Shown here in pieces: positions 1 to 13,774 of a stretch of DNA of 64,000 bases; position 1 is the stretch's first letter, and the number at the start of each line of letters is the position of its first letter. The notes under the pieces are model-generated. The model did no database searches and was not told where the DNA came from. It worked only from the letters and a program-made list of their open reading frames with translations. The stretch is from Eledone cirrhosa (lineage: Eukaryota), in NCBI GenBank assembly GCA_964016885.1, contig OZ024745.1:105028001-105092000 (forward strand). The letters are read 5' to 3'. The translations under genes were made by a program, and so were the position numbers.

Positions 1-474
1 ACTAGTACATATATTATCAACTTTAAAAACAATGAAAGGCAATGTTAATCTCAATAAGATTTTTTTTTAAATGATCGCTTAGCTAGAGGAGAAAAGACAG
101 CATCAATGTTCCTTTTTAGAGTCTTTGATAAAGAGATAAGGGAGGAAGTTATCTTCAGACAAACATTCTGTTCTGAATGCTTGCTGCAGAGTAACAGCTA
201 GTGAAAATATCAACTCTACTGTAACTATTAGTCAATGATCATGTGGTCTTGAACTGAGTGATGGATTAAGTCTACCCTACAAAAACTGGAATACTCTTTT
301 GGACAGACTTCCACACACTTTCTGTTTTTGCAGAAACAAGGCCAAAATGAAATGTATAAGCAAGATGCAGTTCTCTAACTTGCATGCCTAGTCTCAGAAT
401 ATGACACCCATCTAACTTATGCAAGCATGAAAAATAAGTAGAAAACAGTGAAGATATTTACACACGCACACATC

Positions 475-760
475 CTTATCATCACCATCCCTGTTTAACC
501 TTTATTGTTTATTTTCCAAGCTTACATGGGTTAGACAGATTGTCATGTTTTGAGACTAGAGTGTTCAGGTGGCCATGTTTTACTCATATGTTCCATTCTT
601 GGCTTGCTTTCTATAACTGGATGCCCTTCCTAATGCCAACCACTTTACAGCCAGTGTTTGGGAGCATTCTACCATGGCACCAGCATTAGCACCTTACAGG
701 GTGGATTGGGTGCTTTTTATTATGGCACTAACACCACCTCATTACAGCATTAGGGCATTT
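475..760 (-). mobile_element. RTE 3'-tail repeat copy (truncated LINE end or SINE tail)
   Basis: Contains CTGGATGCCCTTCCTAATGCCAACCACTTTACAG and the CAT-repeat tail shared with the RTE 3' ends at 30975-31240 and 35950-36250. Confidence 0.65.
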
Positions 761-1104
761 GTTGTTGGTCACACCTGAGAAAGCAATGATGGAATGCCTT
801 CTGAGTCCAAATCCTGCTGAGGTTAGCTTTGCCTTTCATCCTTATGGGGTTGATAAAATAAAGTACCAGTAACACACTAGGTTCAATAGTGTTGTTTTCT
901 GTTATTTTTAAGGAAGGAGCAGTAGATTATCCAAGTCATTACAACATCGGACAAAATGCTCTATTTTCAAAACCTTCAATTTAATTGACTTGCTCTTCCT
1001 CAAAATTACTGACCTTGTTCCAATGCTAGAAAGAATTATTTCTAAAGAAATATCGTAGTGAAAGCGGAAGAAACCAATATTCCATTGAAGAGATGTTATA
1101 GACA

Positions 1105-1300
1105 TTTAAGACACAGATACACAAACACACAAACACACAAACACACACTCACATATATATATATACACTTACATACATACACACACACATGCACATGCGC
1201 ACACAAACACACGCATACACAAATACGCACAAACAAACACATACACACACATACACACATGCATATATATATGTGTGTGTATATACATACACATATGTAA
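1105..1300. repeat. Compound (CA)n/(TA)n microsatellite
   Basis: Visible dinucleotide runs; explains the HT/CV-rich ORFs here. Confidence 0.9.
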
Positions 1301-1951
1301 GAGACAGACAAGAAAGGACTGTTCTGAAAGAGAGAGATGACATGGAATTAAGACATACTTATAACTACCAGAGAAAGGACTAATAGTTACAGTGGAGTTG
1401 ATATTTTTCACTAGCTGTTAACTGTGTAAAATAGTTTTAGGGGCATTCTATAAGCTTGCACAGTATGATGAGAAGAAATGAAGCTCTGTTATGACTCCAG
1501 GCAGAATGGTAGGGCATGAATGATTCAAGCCATTTTCATCAGGATTTATGTCGAAAGAAGGCAACTCATAAAAGTCTTCTGGCAAAATAGTTTAACAGAA
1601 TATTTTCTCCAACAGAGTACAGAAAATTATATGGGCAGTTTATAAGCATACTACTAATTAATACAACTATTAACAGATGAATCGGTGATAAATGGTTGTT
1701 GTTGCTGATGCTGTTGTTGTTGTTATTGCTGTTGCTGCTGCTCATATTGTTGTTGTTGTTTAGCCTTGTACATAAATTTGAAACAATTATTATTTCCAAG
1801 TGTATACACACACACACACACGTGTATATTTTCAATTTATTTCAATATGGTAATATAGTCTTTACAGAAATATGTATGATCATAACTGATGCTATTATGT
1901 ATGTGGATTGGATTCAATGTCATATAATTTCACAATTCTTTATGATTAAAG

Positions 1952-2137
1952 GGAAGAGCTAGAACAAGCACATGAAAAATACTTGGAAAGTCTTGACAAC
2001 TATGAAACCAGTCACCTTGGAAACTTTCGGAGAATATACCCAAGTGAAACATCAAAAAAATATGACCAGTTCTTCCAAAGTAGCTCTAGTCTCTTTCAGG
2101 AGACCATAGCTTTCAAGGCTAGAAGTGAATTGGTCAG
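1952..2137 (+). CDS. TTLL13: Internal exon (phase 2/2) of a TTLL6/TTLL13-like tubulin polyglutamylase, region just after the TTL domain
   Basis: aaAG acceptor and AG|gtaag donor; translates EELEQAHEKYLESLDNYETSHLGNFRRIYPSETSKKYDQFFQSSSSLFQETIAFKARSELV(R), matching the recalled TTLL6/13 motif HLGxxRRIYP...KYxxFF...SLFQETxAxKAR. TTLL6 versus TTLL13 orthology cannot be resolved from this window. Confidence 0.9.
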
Positions 2138-2747
2138 GTAAGACAGAATGGTATACTAGACATTATCTTTTAATGTTTGGTGTCAGTCACTATATATAAT
2201 GTTCCTGTATTTGTTATTTGAGTTAGAGTTATTGTAGTTGTTGTTGTTGCTACAGCTATGGCTTGGCTGCAGATCAGCCTTGATTGAGTAGACCTTGTAA
2301 TCAAAGGCATCACTAGCTGTAACCCCCACTGAGTTCCACACAATTCAATGTGTTCTAATATTAAATGACAGTAAAAATATGTTTTGAAGGAGATTGAGTT
2401 ACTATTTCTAGCATACTCAATGGCTACATAGACGCTCCCTCATTAGCTCATATGAATTTTTTTTCTTATTACAGTATCAGGTGACATTTTGTTTATTTTC
2501 TAATCTATTTTTAATATATGTTCCACAGAGCTTTAAAATAGTGTTTTCATTACCATATTTCCCTAGAAAGCGAGACCCCCAAAGAAAAAACAGATCCTTA
2601 TGAGCCAGACATGGTCACCTGACCTGTCTAGTTTTATAATATGACAGTTCATCTAACCCATGTGAGTATGGAAAATAGACATTAAAGATGATACCTATAC
2701 TTTTCACATAACTTTAAAAATAATAAAACTTTTGGAAAGATTTAATA

Positions 2748-2830
2748 ATTGTTTCTAATTTTTGGCACAAGGCCAAAAATTACCCAGTGCACTACTGGTA
2801 TTTTATTTTATCGACGCCGTAAGGATGAAG
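2748..2830 (-). mobile_element. SINE-A 3' half
   Basis: Reverse complement of CTTCATCCTTACGG...TCGATAAAATAAA...GGCCTTGTGCCAAAA...AGAAACAATT. Confidence 0.75.
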
Positions 2831-3050
2831 GTGCGTGGCTGAGTGGTTAGAGAATTTGATTCACAATCGTGCGGTTGTAAGTTTGATTCCTTGACCGGGC
2901 AATTTGTTATGTGCTTGAGCAAGACACTTTATTTCATGCTGCTCCTGGATTTAGCAATTGGAATTAGCAATTGGAAAGCCCAATGGAAACATTGTTTCCT
3001 TGGTCTGATTTGACGATCTCTACCCCACTCACTATGTGAATGAGGCCTGG
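2829..3050 (+). mobile_element. SINE-B copy (tRNA-derived head)
   Basis: GGTGCGTGGCTGAGTGGTTAGAG (A box) ... GTTTGATTCC (B box) ... CTTGAGCAAGACACTTTATTTCA, homologous to 43421 and 51990-52208. Confidence 0.7.
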
Positions 3051-4078
3051 GATCTTATCAATTGCCTGTTAGTAATGTAACTAACTTTCTTATTAGTTAA
3101 ATTGGTGTTTAGAGCATAATTTAATAAAAGCCCATATAGAGAATCATGATGGAAGGTTTTTAGATTAGTAAACACATTAAAACAAAGAATTTTATACAAT
3201 TGAACCAAGAGGCAATTCCAGGTGGCCTGATATCAAAAGAGTTAAACTGGAGTTCATAATTTTTAGCTGTGATGGTAGATACTATTTCTATTTTAGATTT
3301 CATTGCAGAAAGTCTTCTATCATGTAATGACGTTGAGAACAGAAGTTACAACTGAACATACATAAACATTTTATCACCACCATTGACAGGACATTTTGTT
3401 TTCTAATACCCTCCCTTTTTTTCTACTTAGTGTTTTTTCAATGGATGTATTCAATGATATTTTACCATTTCTAGTTTTGCTCTGCTTTCTTTTTAAAGTC
3501 ATTTATCAAAATTTACTAAATCAATTCTATTATTCTGTCCATTTTTGCCCCAATACTACAAGAATACCATTCTGAAAAGTGTTCTTTTATGTTGTTTTTT
3601 ATTGTTTGTTTACTGAGTTTTTTTTTTTTTTTTTTTTTTGCTATGTAGATACAATATCTTGTAAAAAAAAATTATTTGTTTTAGAAGTTAGCAATTCCTA
3701 AATCAATAACCTAAAACCTTGTTCTACCAAAGCAGAAAGAGTTTACAGAAGCTACTGAAACTATGTAAATATTTGATGTAGCTTTGGTCTAATGAAATAT
3801 TTAGCTTTAATACTATTTTCTCTATATTAGTGTCACCACTGTATCTTAACTTTAGCGTAGCAATATCAATATAGTTAGAGTTGAATATCAAAACATTGTT
3901 GACTAAGGTTTCTTTAAATATCATGTCATCTTGCATTTTTTTTTATATTAGGAAATCTAGTTATTGATGTTGTTTACCTTCAGGTTAGCTTTGATTGACC
4001 AGGCCAATGTTCAACAGTTTTTAAGCCATAACTATCTCATCTCTTGTATATCCATGTGTATCCCAGTTGCTCTAAATC

Positions 4079-4314
4079 ACAGGGTCTCAAACATATGGCC
4101 TGCAGCAAAACCTTTGAAACAGAAAATTTATCCCACTACATTTTGTACTAATTTACATATCCCACTTGCTATCATATGCTTGTTAATTTTGATGGAAAAA
4201 TATAGGGCTGCCTATCAGCTATAGTGCAGATTACCATTATAACTGGTGGAAATCACACCTCATCTCACTTTTGGCCCACTGTGCCTCTCTCTCTCTTTTT
4301 AGTTTGAGATCCTG
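4079..4314. mobile_element. hAT (Charlie-like) MITE
   Basis: Termini CAGGGTCTCAAAC ... GTTTGAGATCCTG with TCTAAAT on both flanks (imperfect 8-bp TSD). Confidence 0.5.
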
Positions 4315-5589
4315 ATTCTAAATGATAGTAATCATACGATCATGATAACATGTCATATAGCTAGAATCACTTCTGTAAACATTTGATTTTGCAAATATAA
4401 AAACAAAACATGTGCATTTTATATTCTTTAAGCATTATTCCTTCAAATTAACATTTACTCAAGGAGTTTCTGAACTTAATGGGAACCAGTAAAAGTCTCT
4501 AAAGAGTTTCAGAAAAAAAAGACAAAAAGAAAAAACACCACCCTGCTTTCGTATTTTGGCTTAAAATATATTAGCATCTTCCTGAAAGTAACATTAACAA
4601 AAAAATTCCTGTTGATAAACTATCATTAACAGAAATTAAAGATAAAAGAAAATGTTAAATATTAGCTGTTTAAAGAAAACTATTTATGAAATGATCTGCT
4701 ACCCAATGTTATTGTATAAATGAGCTTCCAAGTATGCTGAATAAGCTTATATTTTCATGTTCCATGCTACCATAGGCCAAGTAATTCTGTTACTTTGGAC
4801 TTTTGTATGAGTATGATTTCGTTGCTGTTGTTACAGTTCACACTTCTGCAAGTTTAGTCGGCTTTCTATGAGGCTGCATCTCATAAGAGGTGTCTTTTAA
4901 TGTTTTAATAAGAGGAGCCATAGTTCTTTTTGGTGATGGGAGGCAAGATCTGAAATAAGAAAACACAAAACTAGAACTGATACTTCAAGACACTCTATCA
5001 AATGCTCTAACAGTTCCTCCAATCCAGTGCTCTTGACAGATACTTTATAAAAAAGATAAAAAGAGGGATTTGATCTCAGTGTGCAGAGAACCAAGATAAC
5101 TATACCAAGATATTTAATCCAACTCACCGAATTAAATGGGTTTGATGCTGATACAAATATTTTGTGCTTGAGAGAGACAATATTTTTGAATGATTACTCA
5201 GTAAGTGATTTGGCATAAGAAGTGAAAGAGAGTGGAAAAAAAGTGTAGTAATTTTATTTTAACTTTTTCTCATTAATACAGATAAAAATCTTCTTCTAAA
5301 ATGAGGTGTTTGGTGTCCTCCTTAGTCAATATTTTTACCAGTGAAATTTTAATTTACTCCATGATACTCTCTCAGAATTCAAAACAAATCCTTGTTCTTA
5401 TTATCTTACTTGCTGTTCTGGCCTTTTAACATTAAAATACTAGCTTCTCATCCAAGATATAGAAGTAGTTTCTTGTTATATTCTTTTTTCCAGATTTCAA
5501 AGAATTGCCTGCAATGGAATTAAGATCATTGTTTAACAGTTGTTAGCTTTTATCATACCAGTTTTCATTTTTTTAAATCTTAACATAAC

Positions 5590-6180
5590 TCCCATTATCA
5601 TGTCATTGCAGTGCCAGCTGCCTCTGATTCCATGCTGCTTTCAATGGGGTCATAAAGCATGGCTTGGATGCCACAGGCTTCCTTTCCCCAGCTTAAGCCA
5701 GTGGTGCTGGACCAAGGGGGTCAGATGGCATAACAATCTTCCCATTCCACAGTGGCAATCCCCTCTCCTAGGATGCCACATGCTGTGTCACCTTCTTCAG
5801 CAGCAACCTGGTGTATTGAATGACTAACCCAAGCTTCACTGCTTGCAGGCCAAAGAAGGCAAACTAAGAAAATATGGGTTGCGCTCTGTTAGGTTTGTGG
5901 TGAAACATGTAGTATAGGAGACTTCTGGTGTTCTTGGCCCCTGGATCAGATGCCTACTCACTACTATCAGGGCAGATTTGACTACCTGCAGGAGCAATCT
6001 CCATGAGCTGGAATTACCATAACAATGCATCTTCTTCGCCATCCTCTGGGGAAACACTTTCACCACTCTGTCTGCTGGGACCATGAGGCAGCCAGCACAT
6101 GGGCTCTTACACACAAGAGAACTCCCCGCCCCCACTCCATCTAGCATCTAGGCTTGCATCACTAGGGTAGCAATGCTGAG
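5590..6180 (-). repeat. GC-richer dispersed repeat, possibly a LINE 5' region; partial second copy at 28975-29110
   Basis: Minus strand CCTCATGGTCCCAGCAGACAGAGTGGTGAAAGTGTTTCCCCAGAGGATGG matches CCTCATGTTCCCAACAGACAGAATGGGGGAAACGTTGCCCCAGAGGATGG near 29050. Confidence 0.55.
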
Positions 6181-6736
6181 ATGTAACATAAAATTCTATG
6201 CACTTAAATGATTAATTTTAATTCTCACCATAGCTCTTCCATATTGGATAATTGTGTTTCTTGCATATTATTGAGTTATTTTGACAACCATTCCTTTTCT
6301 GCAGTTTAATTATAGTTATCTTTTTTACTTCCATCTGTGTAGTTCCTGGTAGTGGGATTAGCATTGAGAAAGATTCTTAGTTAAAATATTTTAACCTTTT
6401 TGATACCAAACAGCTTGAAACTGCCCCTAGTTTTGCAATACAAATCTGCTTGTTTTAAAGGGTTTATATCTATTTAAAAAACCTTTCATCAGAATTTTAT
6501 GTAAGAACCTTCTATAAGTTGTGCTCTATACACTGACGTAATAATAAGACCATTAGTTATGTTGCTAAATCCCACTAAATATTTGATTATCAAAATTATT
6601 TGAAAATGATAGGCAGTGTATTTCATTAGAAATATAGTAACAAAAGGATTAAAAATATATTTTAATAAATGAAGAAAAAGCCAACTTGGATATAAAGGTG
6701 TGAAAACAGAAGTATAGTTAAATAAAACAACATTTT

Positions 6737-6960
6737 ACACTTATATTGAAATATTTCAAGGTTAAAACTCCATCTATTAAAAGGAAATAGAGGATGGTGA
6801 TGAGCTGATGTCTTTTGCAGAATTATCTTTGTTGTTTTGTTATACTTTACACTTATATTGAAATATTTCAAGGTTAAAACTCCATCTATTAAAAGGAAAT
6901 AGAGGATGGTGATGAGCTGATGTCTTTTGCAGAATTATCTTTGTTGTTTTGTTATACTTT
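6737..6960. repeat. Perfect 112-bp tandem duplication (2 copies)
   Basis: 6737-6848 is repeated at 6849-6960. Confidence 0.92.
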
Positions 6961-9900
6961 GCTTCTGTTTTCACTGCAATATTTCAACTTGTATGGTACT
7001 TGTTTTCTGAAACAGTTTTGGCAAATATTTTATGTAAAGTTTCAAATTTACAAATGTATGCAATACAATATAATATGAAGAAAACAAAACAGAAATATAG
7101 AATAAAGCTAAAACATTAATAAAAAAAATACTAAATGTTGCTTAAAAGTTTAGTTATCGTCTTCTATATTTCTAAGACAAAACTAATGTGATGTTCTATC
7201 ACTGTTAAGTATAATGCTTATTTTATAAAAGTGTATTTTTCAAAGTGTGTTTACCAAATATAAGATATTGTGCTAGGCATATATCACACACTAGGGTTAT
7301 CTCCCATTTTTGCAACTCTTAAATGAAAGAAATTGTTTTGATGAATTTTTGCATTATTTATTTAATTTTCTTTTCTATTTATCTCAGTATTCTTTGATGA
7401 TTTGAATGCCTAACATTTTTCTATTTACTTTTAGTTATAAAATTATTTCTGATAAATACACAAAAGATATTACTGCTAGATCTTTTAGCATACATAAATA
7501 GTTGATATTTATTGTGCTTGAGAGATAATTTAATATTATATGCAAGGCGAGGCTGTAAATTATCATTTAGAACATCCTATGTTGACCAAAAAATATGTAT
7601 TGCTTTAAAGTCACATTTAAAGTTTTGTTAATATTTCATTGCTATCTTATTACACAATGTCAAACTTCTTATGTCTAAATAATTAGTTACTACTTCAAAT
7701 TTTGCTGTAAGATGGCAAATTCGTTTTCTTAGCTCTATAAAACCTAGTATTAAAAAAACTCACTTTTACAATGTGTTTTCAGAGGTCACGTTGTCCTTCG
7801 TTTAACAGGGAAAATTATAGCAGAGTTTATTACAAATTAGCTGCTCTCTTGTGAGTGTGGTGAAGAACAACTGAATAGGAGAGATAATAGATAAAGTGTT
7901 AAAGAGGGAATGGTGGAACAAATTAATGGTAGATACAATATTTGTTCAAGTAAGTCTGTGGGGCGCCAAGTCTGCAACCTTGTTTCCTTTTTCCTCTGTA
8001 CTTAATTCACTGCTTTTGCATTTTTAAAGCTATTAAGAAATACATAAATGTTTTTCCCATCTCATTTCTTTTCATCTACAGATCTTAAAACTTATAAATA
8101 TATTTGAAATCCTCCATTGTGACAGAATTATAAAATTTAGTCTATGGCAGATAACTTATAGAAGTACACATTAAAAGGAAAATTGGTATTCAATTTGATA
8201 TATTGTTAGTCATAAAACAACAAATTCCATTTTAAAATCTAACCTGTAATCTGTTGAAAGTAGTAAACTGTAAGCCATTGCATAGATAACAGAAACAAAT
8301 AGGGTGTATGCAGTTTTAAGGACTGAGTTAACTCTTTAAGTTTATAGTGCTATATCAAAAAGGCATTTGGCCTCGGAGTTAGTGTGTTGGTTTCATGATC
8401 TTATAGTCATCGGTTCAATCTCTGCACTGGGCAGCACATTGTGTTCTTGAACAATGCACTTCATTTCACATTACTGTAGTCCTCGTAGTTGAATACGAGT
8501 ATTAGCTGCAGTTGTGTTTAACTTTATGATGTACGCTCAGTTATGTAATACCACGTGAAACTGAGATTAGCTCTATCAAAAATGACATAAAACTGCCAAT
8601 GAAAAAAAAAAGGATTAGTACAGAATTTAGAAAGTTATTTAAGCTTTGTTGAGATGAACCTCGATGTAGTCACTTGATTGGATAGAAAATAGCAGCCAAA
8701 TTCCCTTAAATCACACTCTACCATCTTAAAAAAAGATAAGGCCTATTGGATGATGTAGTTCCTGATATACAAAATGGTAGGATGGCCATGACTAATAACC
8801 TTTAATTGTAGGTCTGATTGATCAGAACTGGCCTGGTGCTAAACAGGAATATTAACAACTGCAGCTGCAACCACTTTTGTTAAGATGTAAACTCAATGGT
8901 GTTTGTATATATGTATGTTATGCTGTTAAATGCCTTGTTGGAGGTGGTGGAGATATACCAAGAAAATTGGTTGACGAGAAGAAAGGGAGACAAGAGTATG
9001 ATAATGATAATTAATGATATAATGTCTGTAATGATACACTGATGTAATAATTATACTAATGCAACAATGTAATGGTTGTAATTTTATTAATTATAAGGTG
9101 TTGAAATGAAGTAAGATAATTCCATTCTCCTTCTCATCTGTCTGCTCACAGGTGATAAATTACTTCAACAAAATTATATGTGATTGTATAAATATATGTC
9201 AGGATTATTATGTATTAGTTGTTAACAACTGTGCAATTTCCATGGGTCCTGCTAGTTTCTATCTTTTTTTCTTTCTACAACTTCAGCAGATAGTGGTGAG
9301 ACTAATTATTAATGTTAACTTTTATTAGAATTTGTATTAATATTTTTCTAGACTATCAGCAGATTATACTAGTGAAGAAACTCACCAAGGTTCGTTTCTA
9401 GGATCAACTCCTGGGAACTTCCTTGATAAGCATTATGTACTTTTCATGGAATTTTCATGGGAAAATACAAAGGTGGTTTTCCATTGTTTCTTCTGGGGAT
9501 ATTTTGCAAAACACCATCTTGTTTACTAGATACAAACAAATTCACCAAATCTGTCTAGGTAGTCAGAATATAACAAAACAGAACAAATTCTGCAAATAAT
9601 TTACTGATACTTTGTATCAGTACTCAAGGCAGTCTCAGGCAAGTTGGTCCCAAAAAGGTTCAGCCTTGACCGCTGATTTGTTAAATTTGTAGATTTATTG
9701 ATTATTGATACGTATATATCATTACTGCTGATAAAATTATACAAAATGGTGATTTGGTTGAATTTTTTCACTGTAAATCTTTTTTCCTATAAAGCAGAAA
9801 AAAATCAATTACATAATTTGTCAATGGATTAACCGAAATATGCACAGTTGTATGAAAATAGTGTTTCTAATATGAGATTACTTCAGAATGAATTGGTTAA

Positions 9901-10028
9901 CTGTTGTTATATTTAAATAAATGCCTATTATTTTAGGAACTTACACTCAAATGCTCACAAATAACTTCATATGTATATTTGTGTGTGTATGTATGTGTAT
10001 ATATCTATGTATATATATATATATATAT

Positions 10029-10470
10029 ATAATAATAATGAAATTATTGTGTAAAGTGCTCAGGTGCACCACAACTCGTCAATATAGTACATAGAATAAT
10101 ACACAAATGTCAGGGAAGTACATGTGTGTATGTGTTAGCTGTAGTGTTGGCGGATCTCGGGAAGCATGGAGGCTTTAAAGGATGCAGTGTCTCGACAGCT
10201 AACAACTGATGCAGGTAGTTGGTTCCATGCTTCAGCAACTCTGAGCGTGAAAAAATGTTTCCGAAAGTCATGGGAACTGTGCTGTTTTCTTACTTTGTGG
10301 GCATATCCATGTGTGTTAGACACATGGAAATCAAAAAGGTACTCATGGTTGTTGTTGGCAACATGGTTAACAATTTTGTGGGTGTTTACCAAGTCAGTTG
10401 CCAGGCGTCGGAGCTTCAATGAATCCATGCCCAGGGAAGCAAGGCGCTCAGAGTATGGTAGATGCCTGAT
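10029..10470 (-). mobile_element. CR1-clade LINE 3' fragment (ORF2 C-terminus, 3'UTR, (ATT)n tail)
   Basis: LPYSERLASLGMDSLKLRRLATDL...RKHFFTLRVAEAWNQLPASVV fits the CR1 ORF2 end; ATT-repeat tail near 10030; 5' truncated. Confidence 0.85.
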
Positions 10471-10759
10471 GGAGATATATGTATATGTGTGTGTACGCAC
10501 TGTAAAAACCTTTGTGTGTGACGCAGGTGTGCTTGTAAAGGGTTGCATGCGGCCCGCGGGCCATATGTTTGATATGCCTGACATAAACAATCCTTTTAAT
10601 CCATCAAGGAAAGCCAACACAACCCTCAATATGTCAGACACCATCCATTTCAAGGCCACTACTATGACCCCCTCCAGCAGTGTAATATCTGCACCTCAGC
10701 CCCAAACCTCACCAATACCTCCCTAGCAAGGTCATGTACACTGAGTGCCCTCGTACTGT

Positions 10760-11075
10760 AATGAGGTAGTGCTGGTGCTGCAACAAAAAGTTGTCAGTCC
10801 GCTTTGTAAGGTGGTAGTGGCAGAGTCATAATAAAATGCTACCGGTACATACAGTAAAGTGGTTAGTGTTAGGAAGGGAATCCAGCAATAGAAACCATGT
10901 TCCTAAAAGACACTGTAAAGTGGTTGGCACTAGGAAGGTCATTCAGCTATAGAAAACAAGCTAAAACAAAGCATATGAGCTGGACCTAGTCACCTGACTG
11001 ATCTGATGTCAGCACATGATAGCCCTCTGACCAATGGAAGTATGGAATAATAGGCATTAAAGAATGGTGGTGATG
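10760..11075 (+). mobile_element. Degenerate RTE 3'-tail repeat copy
   Basis: CTGTAAAGTGGTTGGCACTAGGAAGG and TTAGGAAGGGAATCCAGC motifs, GAT-type tail. Confidence 0.55.
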
Positions 11076-11928
11076 ATTGTATTATCACTAGCATTAACAT
11101 AGTGTGATTATAGAATAGAGGCCTATATGACCCAATATACAATATATTTACATATATTAACCATATATTTCATAACATTGGGAATATTTTAAGCTGTGAT
11201 CATGTTACAGCTACCTAGACATCAAAGTAAGAGTGATGGATTTTACTGTTATTACTGCCATTACTCAACAGAGACTAAGTAAAGATCAGTTTAGCTGGCT
11301 TCATTTATCTCAATAGTTAATGGCAAATTTTTTTTTGTTTTCTTTTTGTTTTCTTTTAATTTATTTAGAAAGAATGAGACCGGTTATAATATGTATTCTA
11401 GTTTTTCTAATATATTTCGCCTTTTGATGTTAGTGTGATCTAGAAAACAGTACATCAATAATTTCCATATGATATTGAATCTAGAAAGAAGCAACAATCC
11501 TATATTGAACCACTTTGCAATCTGTTGAATATAACACCCATAGTTAATCACCTTTACATTTTAAATTATATATATTTTATCAGTGTATAGAGAGCTAATA
11601 ATATGTTCAGGTATATAGAGCTGATAACATGATTAAGAAGACATATAATTATAAGGAAACAAAATTGTACTAGGGAATATCTAATCCATTCTGCCTACAC
11701 ATTTAAATCCCAACTCATCTATGTATGTGCTTTGATTGAAAACAAGAGAAATAGAAACATTTTTCAATTCTATTTTTATTGAATAAATATATTTTATATG
11801 TTAAAAACGTTTTGTTTATTTTCTTATTTCAACAATCATTTTTCAAATTAAACATATAGCCTGAAAATGAATAACAACAACAAAAAAAAAACATTTCTCT
11901 TTTCCTATCTTGTTCTTTGTGTTTTTAG

Positions 11929-12106
11929 GCAACAAAGAGAAGATATTTTAAAAAAACAGATTGAAAACTATGAGTTAATTTCTAAAATGAAAAAGAAGGA
12001 AATAAATCCTAACTTACGCCCAGAAAGTCCTATAAATAAGAAACAGTCAAAACAGGCTGGAGCCAACTCTGTCAAAAGGAAGATGTGTGCACTCACTAGA
12101 AGGAAG
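11929..12106 (+). CDS. TTLL13: Next exon (phase 2/0) of the TTLL6/TTLL13-like gene
   Basis: Long polypyrimidine tract ending ttttAG and AAG|gtaagt donor; AG+G completes Arg, giving RQQREDILKKQIENYELISKMKKKEINPNLRPESPINKK...CALTRRK (cf. TTLL13 ARQQLEEIRLKQ). Confidence 0.85.
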
Positions 12107-12420
12107 GTAAGTTATCTAAAGTACCAAAAAATGTGATTCTGATATTTGGAAAAATGAAGAAAAATTTTTCATACTTAGTAAACAAAACAGCCACAGTAAG
12201 TTTACAAAATGTTGAAAATTACTTTCATACAAAACCTGAAATAGCAAATAGAGGGAAAAGTAAAAGATGGATATTTTATTTGTGGCACGTTATTTGAGGA
12301 AAGCACATTTAAAATAACAGAACAAGATAGACTACAAATATATGAAAATATGACATAATCTTAAATTGAAAAGCTGGAAATTTGATCCTATTTTAGTTAC
12401 ATAATATCCTATTTTAGTTA

Positions 12421-12870
12421 CATCATCATCACGGTTTAACGTCCATTTTTCATGCTGGCATGGGTTACACGAGTTGTCCCATTGTGAGACAAGTCAGATC
12501 AGGTGATTGTGTCTTGCTCATACGGAACTGTTTCTGACTTGGTTTCTATGGCTGGATGTCCTTTCTAATGCCAACCACATTTAGAGCATGGACCAGTTGT
12601 TTGTTTAATTGTGGTACCAAAAACGACCACTTTTCAGCATGGACTGGGCACTTTTTATGGTGGCACCGAAACAACCAACTGACAGGCTGGACTGGGTACT
12701 TTTTCGCTATGTCAACAACAAATCCACCTTACAGGGTGGGCAGAGTGCTTTTTGTTATGTCACCAACAACCACTTTACAGAGAGGACTGGATGCTTTTTG
12801 TTATATCCCCAACATGATCACCTTATTGGGTGGGATGGGTGCTTTTTGTTGTGTCACCAACACTTTTAGT
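12421..12870 (-). mobile_element. RTE 3'-tail repeat copy with internal tandem units
   Basis: CATCATCATCACGGTTTAACGTCCATTTTTCATGCTGGCATGGG...GGCTGGATGTCCTTTCTAATGCC then repeated CACTTTACAG...GGGTGCTTTTT units. Confidence 0.75.
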
Positions 12871-13774
12871 GTTGTGACTCTTGTAGGACATTTTGCATTA
12901 GCATTATTAAAAAGATCCTACAAGCCATTTTATTTCTTGTCGTCTATGATATTAATAGGAAATGATTCAAACTATCTTAAATTGAAAGAAATAGTCAAAA
13001 CAGCTAAAATGGCTTTTGGTCTGTAGGTAGCTCAAAATGTTATAAAATATAGCAACTTTTAGAAGCTGGAACTTGAACACATTTGAGTTTTATATTTTTG
13101 TAGTCAGAGATCTAGCTATATGGTTAAAGAGTTCATTTCACAACCATGTAGTTTTGGGTTCAGTCCCACTGATTGGCACCTACTGTAGCCTTGAGTTGAC
13201 CAATGTTTTGTATATGAAATTTGATAGATGGAAACTGTGTGGAAGATTTCTATGTGTGTGTGTGTTTTTTCGTGTTTTTATTTACATTTATTGTTTGTTT
13301 ATGTTCCAAACAGAGATTGGAGAAATATGAAATAAGTACCAGACTTAAAAATAAGTGCTGTAGTTGATACAATGGACTAAATTCCTTGAAGCTGGTGCTC
13401 CAGCATAGCCACAGTCTAGTATCTGAAACTAGTAAATAGGCAAAAGAGTATTGGTTTCATAGCTTTTAGTCAAAATTCCTATGTACCTTTTCTGTAATAC
13501 AAGGCTATTTAAAGCATATTTACACTTCTTTTAAAGAACAAAGCATACTTAGAATATACTTAGAATTTATTTAAAGCAAGAAAGGTTAATGTTTTTCAAT
13601 GCATTAGAAGTGTTAGGTACAAAACTATTGAGATAAATAGGTATACTTGTGGTAGGCATTATGGAAAAGAGCTCCAAAGTTTAGAAAATGTACAGAGGAA
13701 GTGTTTTGACTAGAATTAAGATCTTAGTAAGAGAAAATTGTCAAAGCCTGTATTAGGCAATTATTATTTTACAG

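Noticed and set aside
1058-1411. HT/CV/YI-rich ORFs here and near 20600, 23560, 37620, 41130, 43170, 50850 and 63800
   Set aside because: Dinucleotide microsatellite artefacts.
7783-7955. Candidate exon (ttttcAG ... CAA|gtaagt)
   Set aside because: Stops in all three frames, and exons 1952-2137 and 11929-12106 already join seamlessly; a non-coding or poison exon is not excluded.
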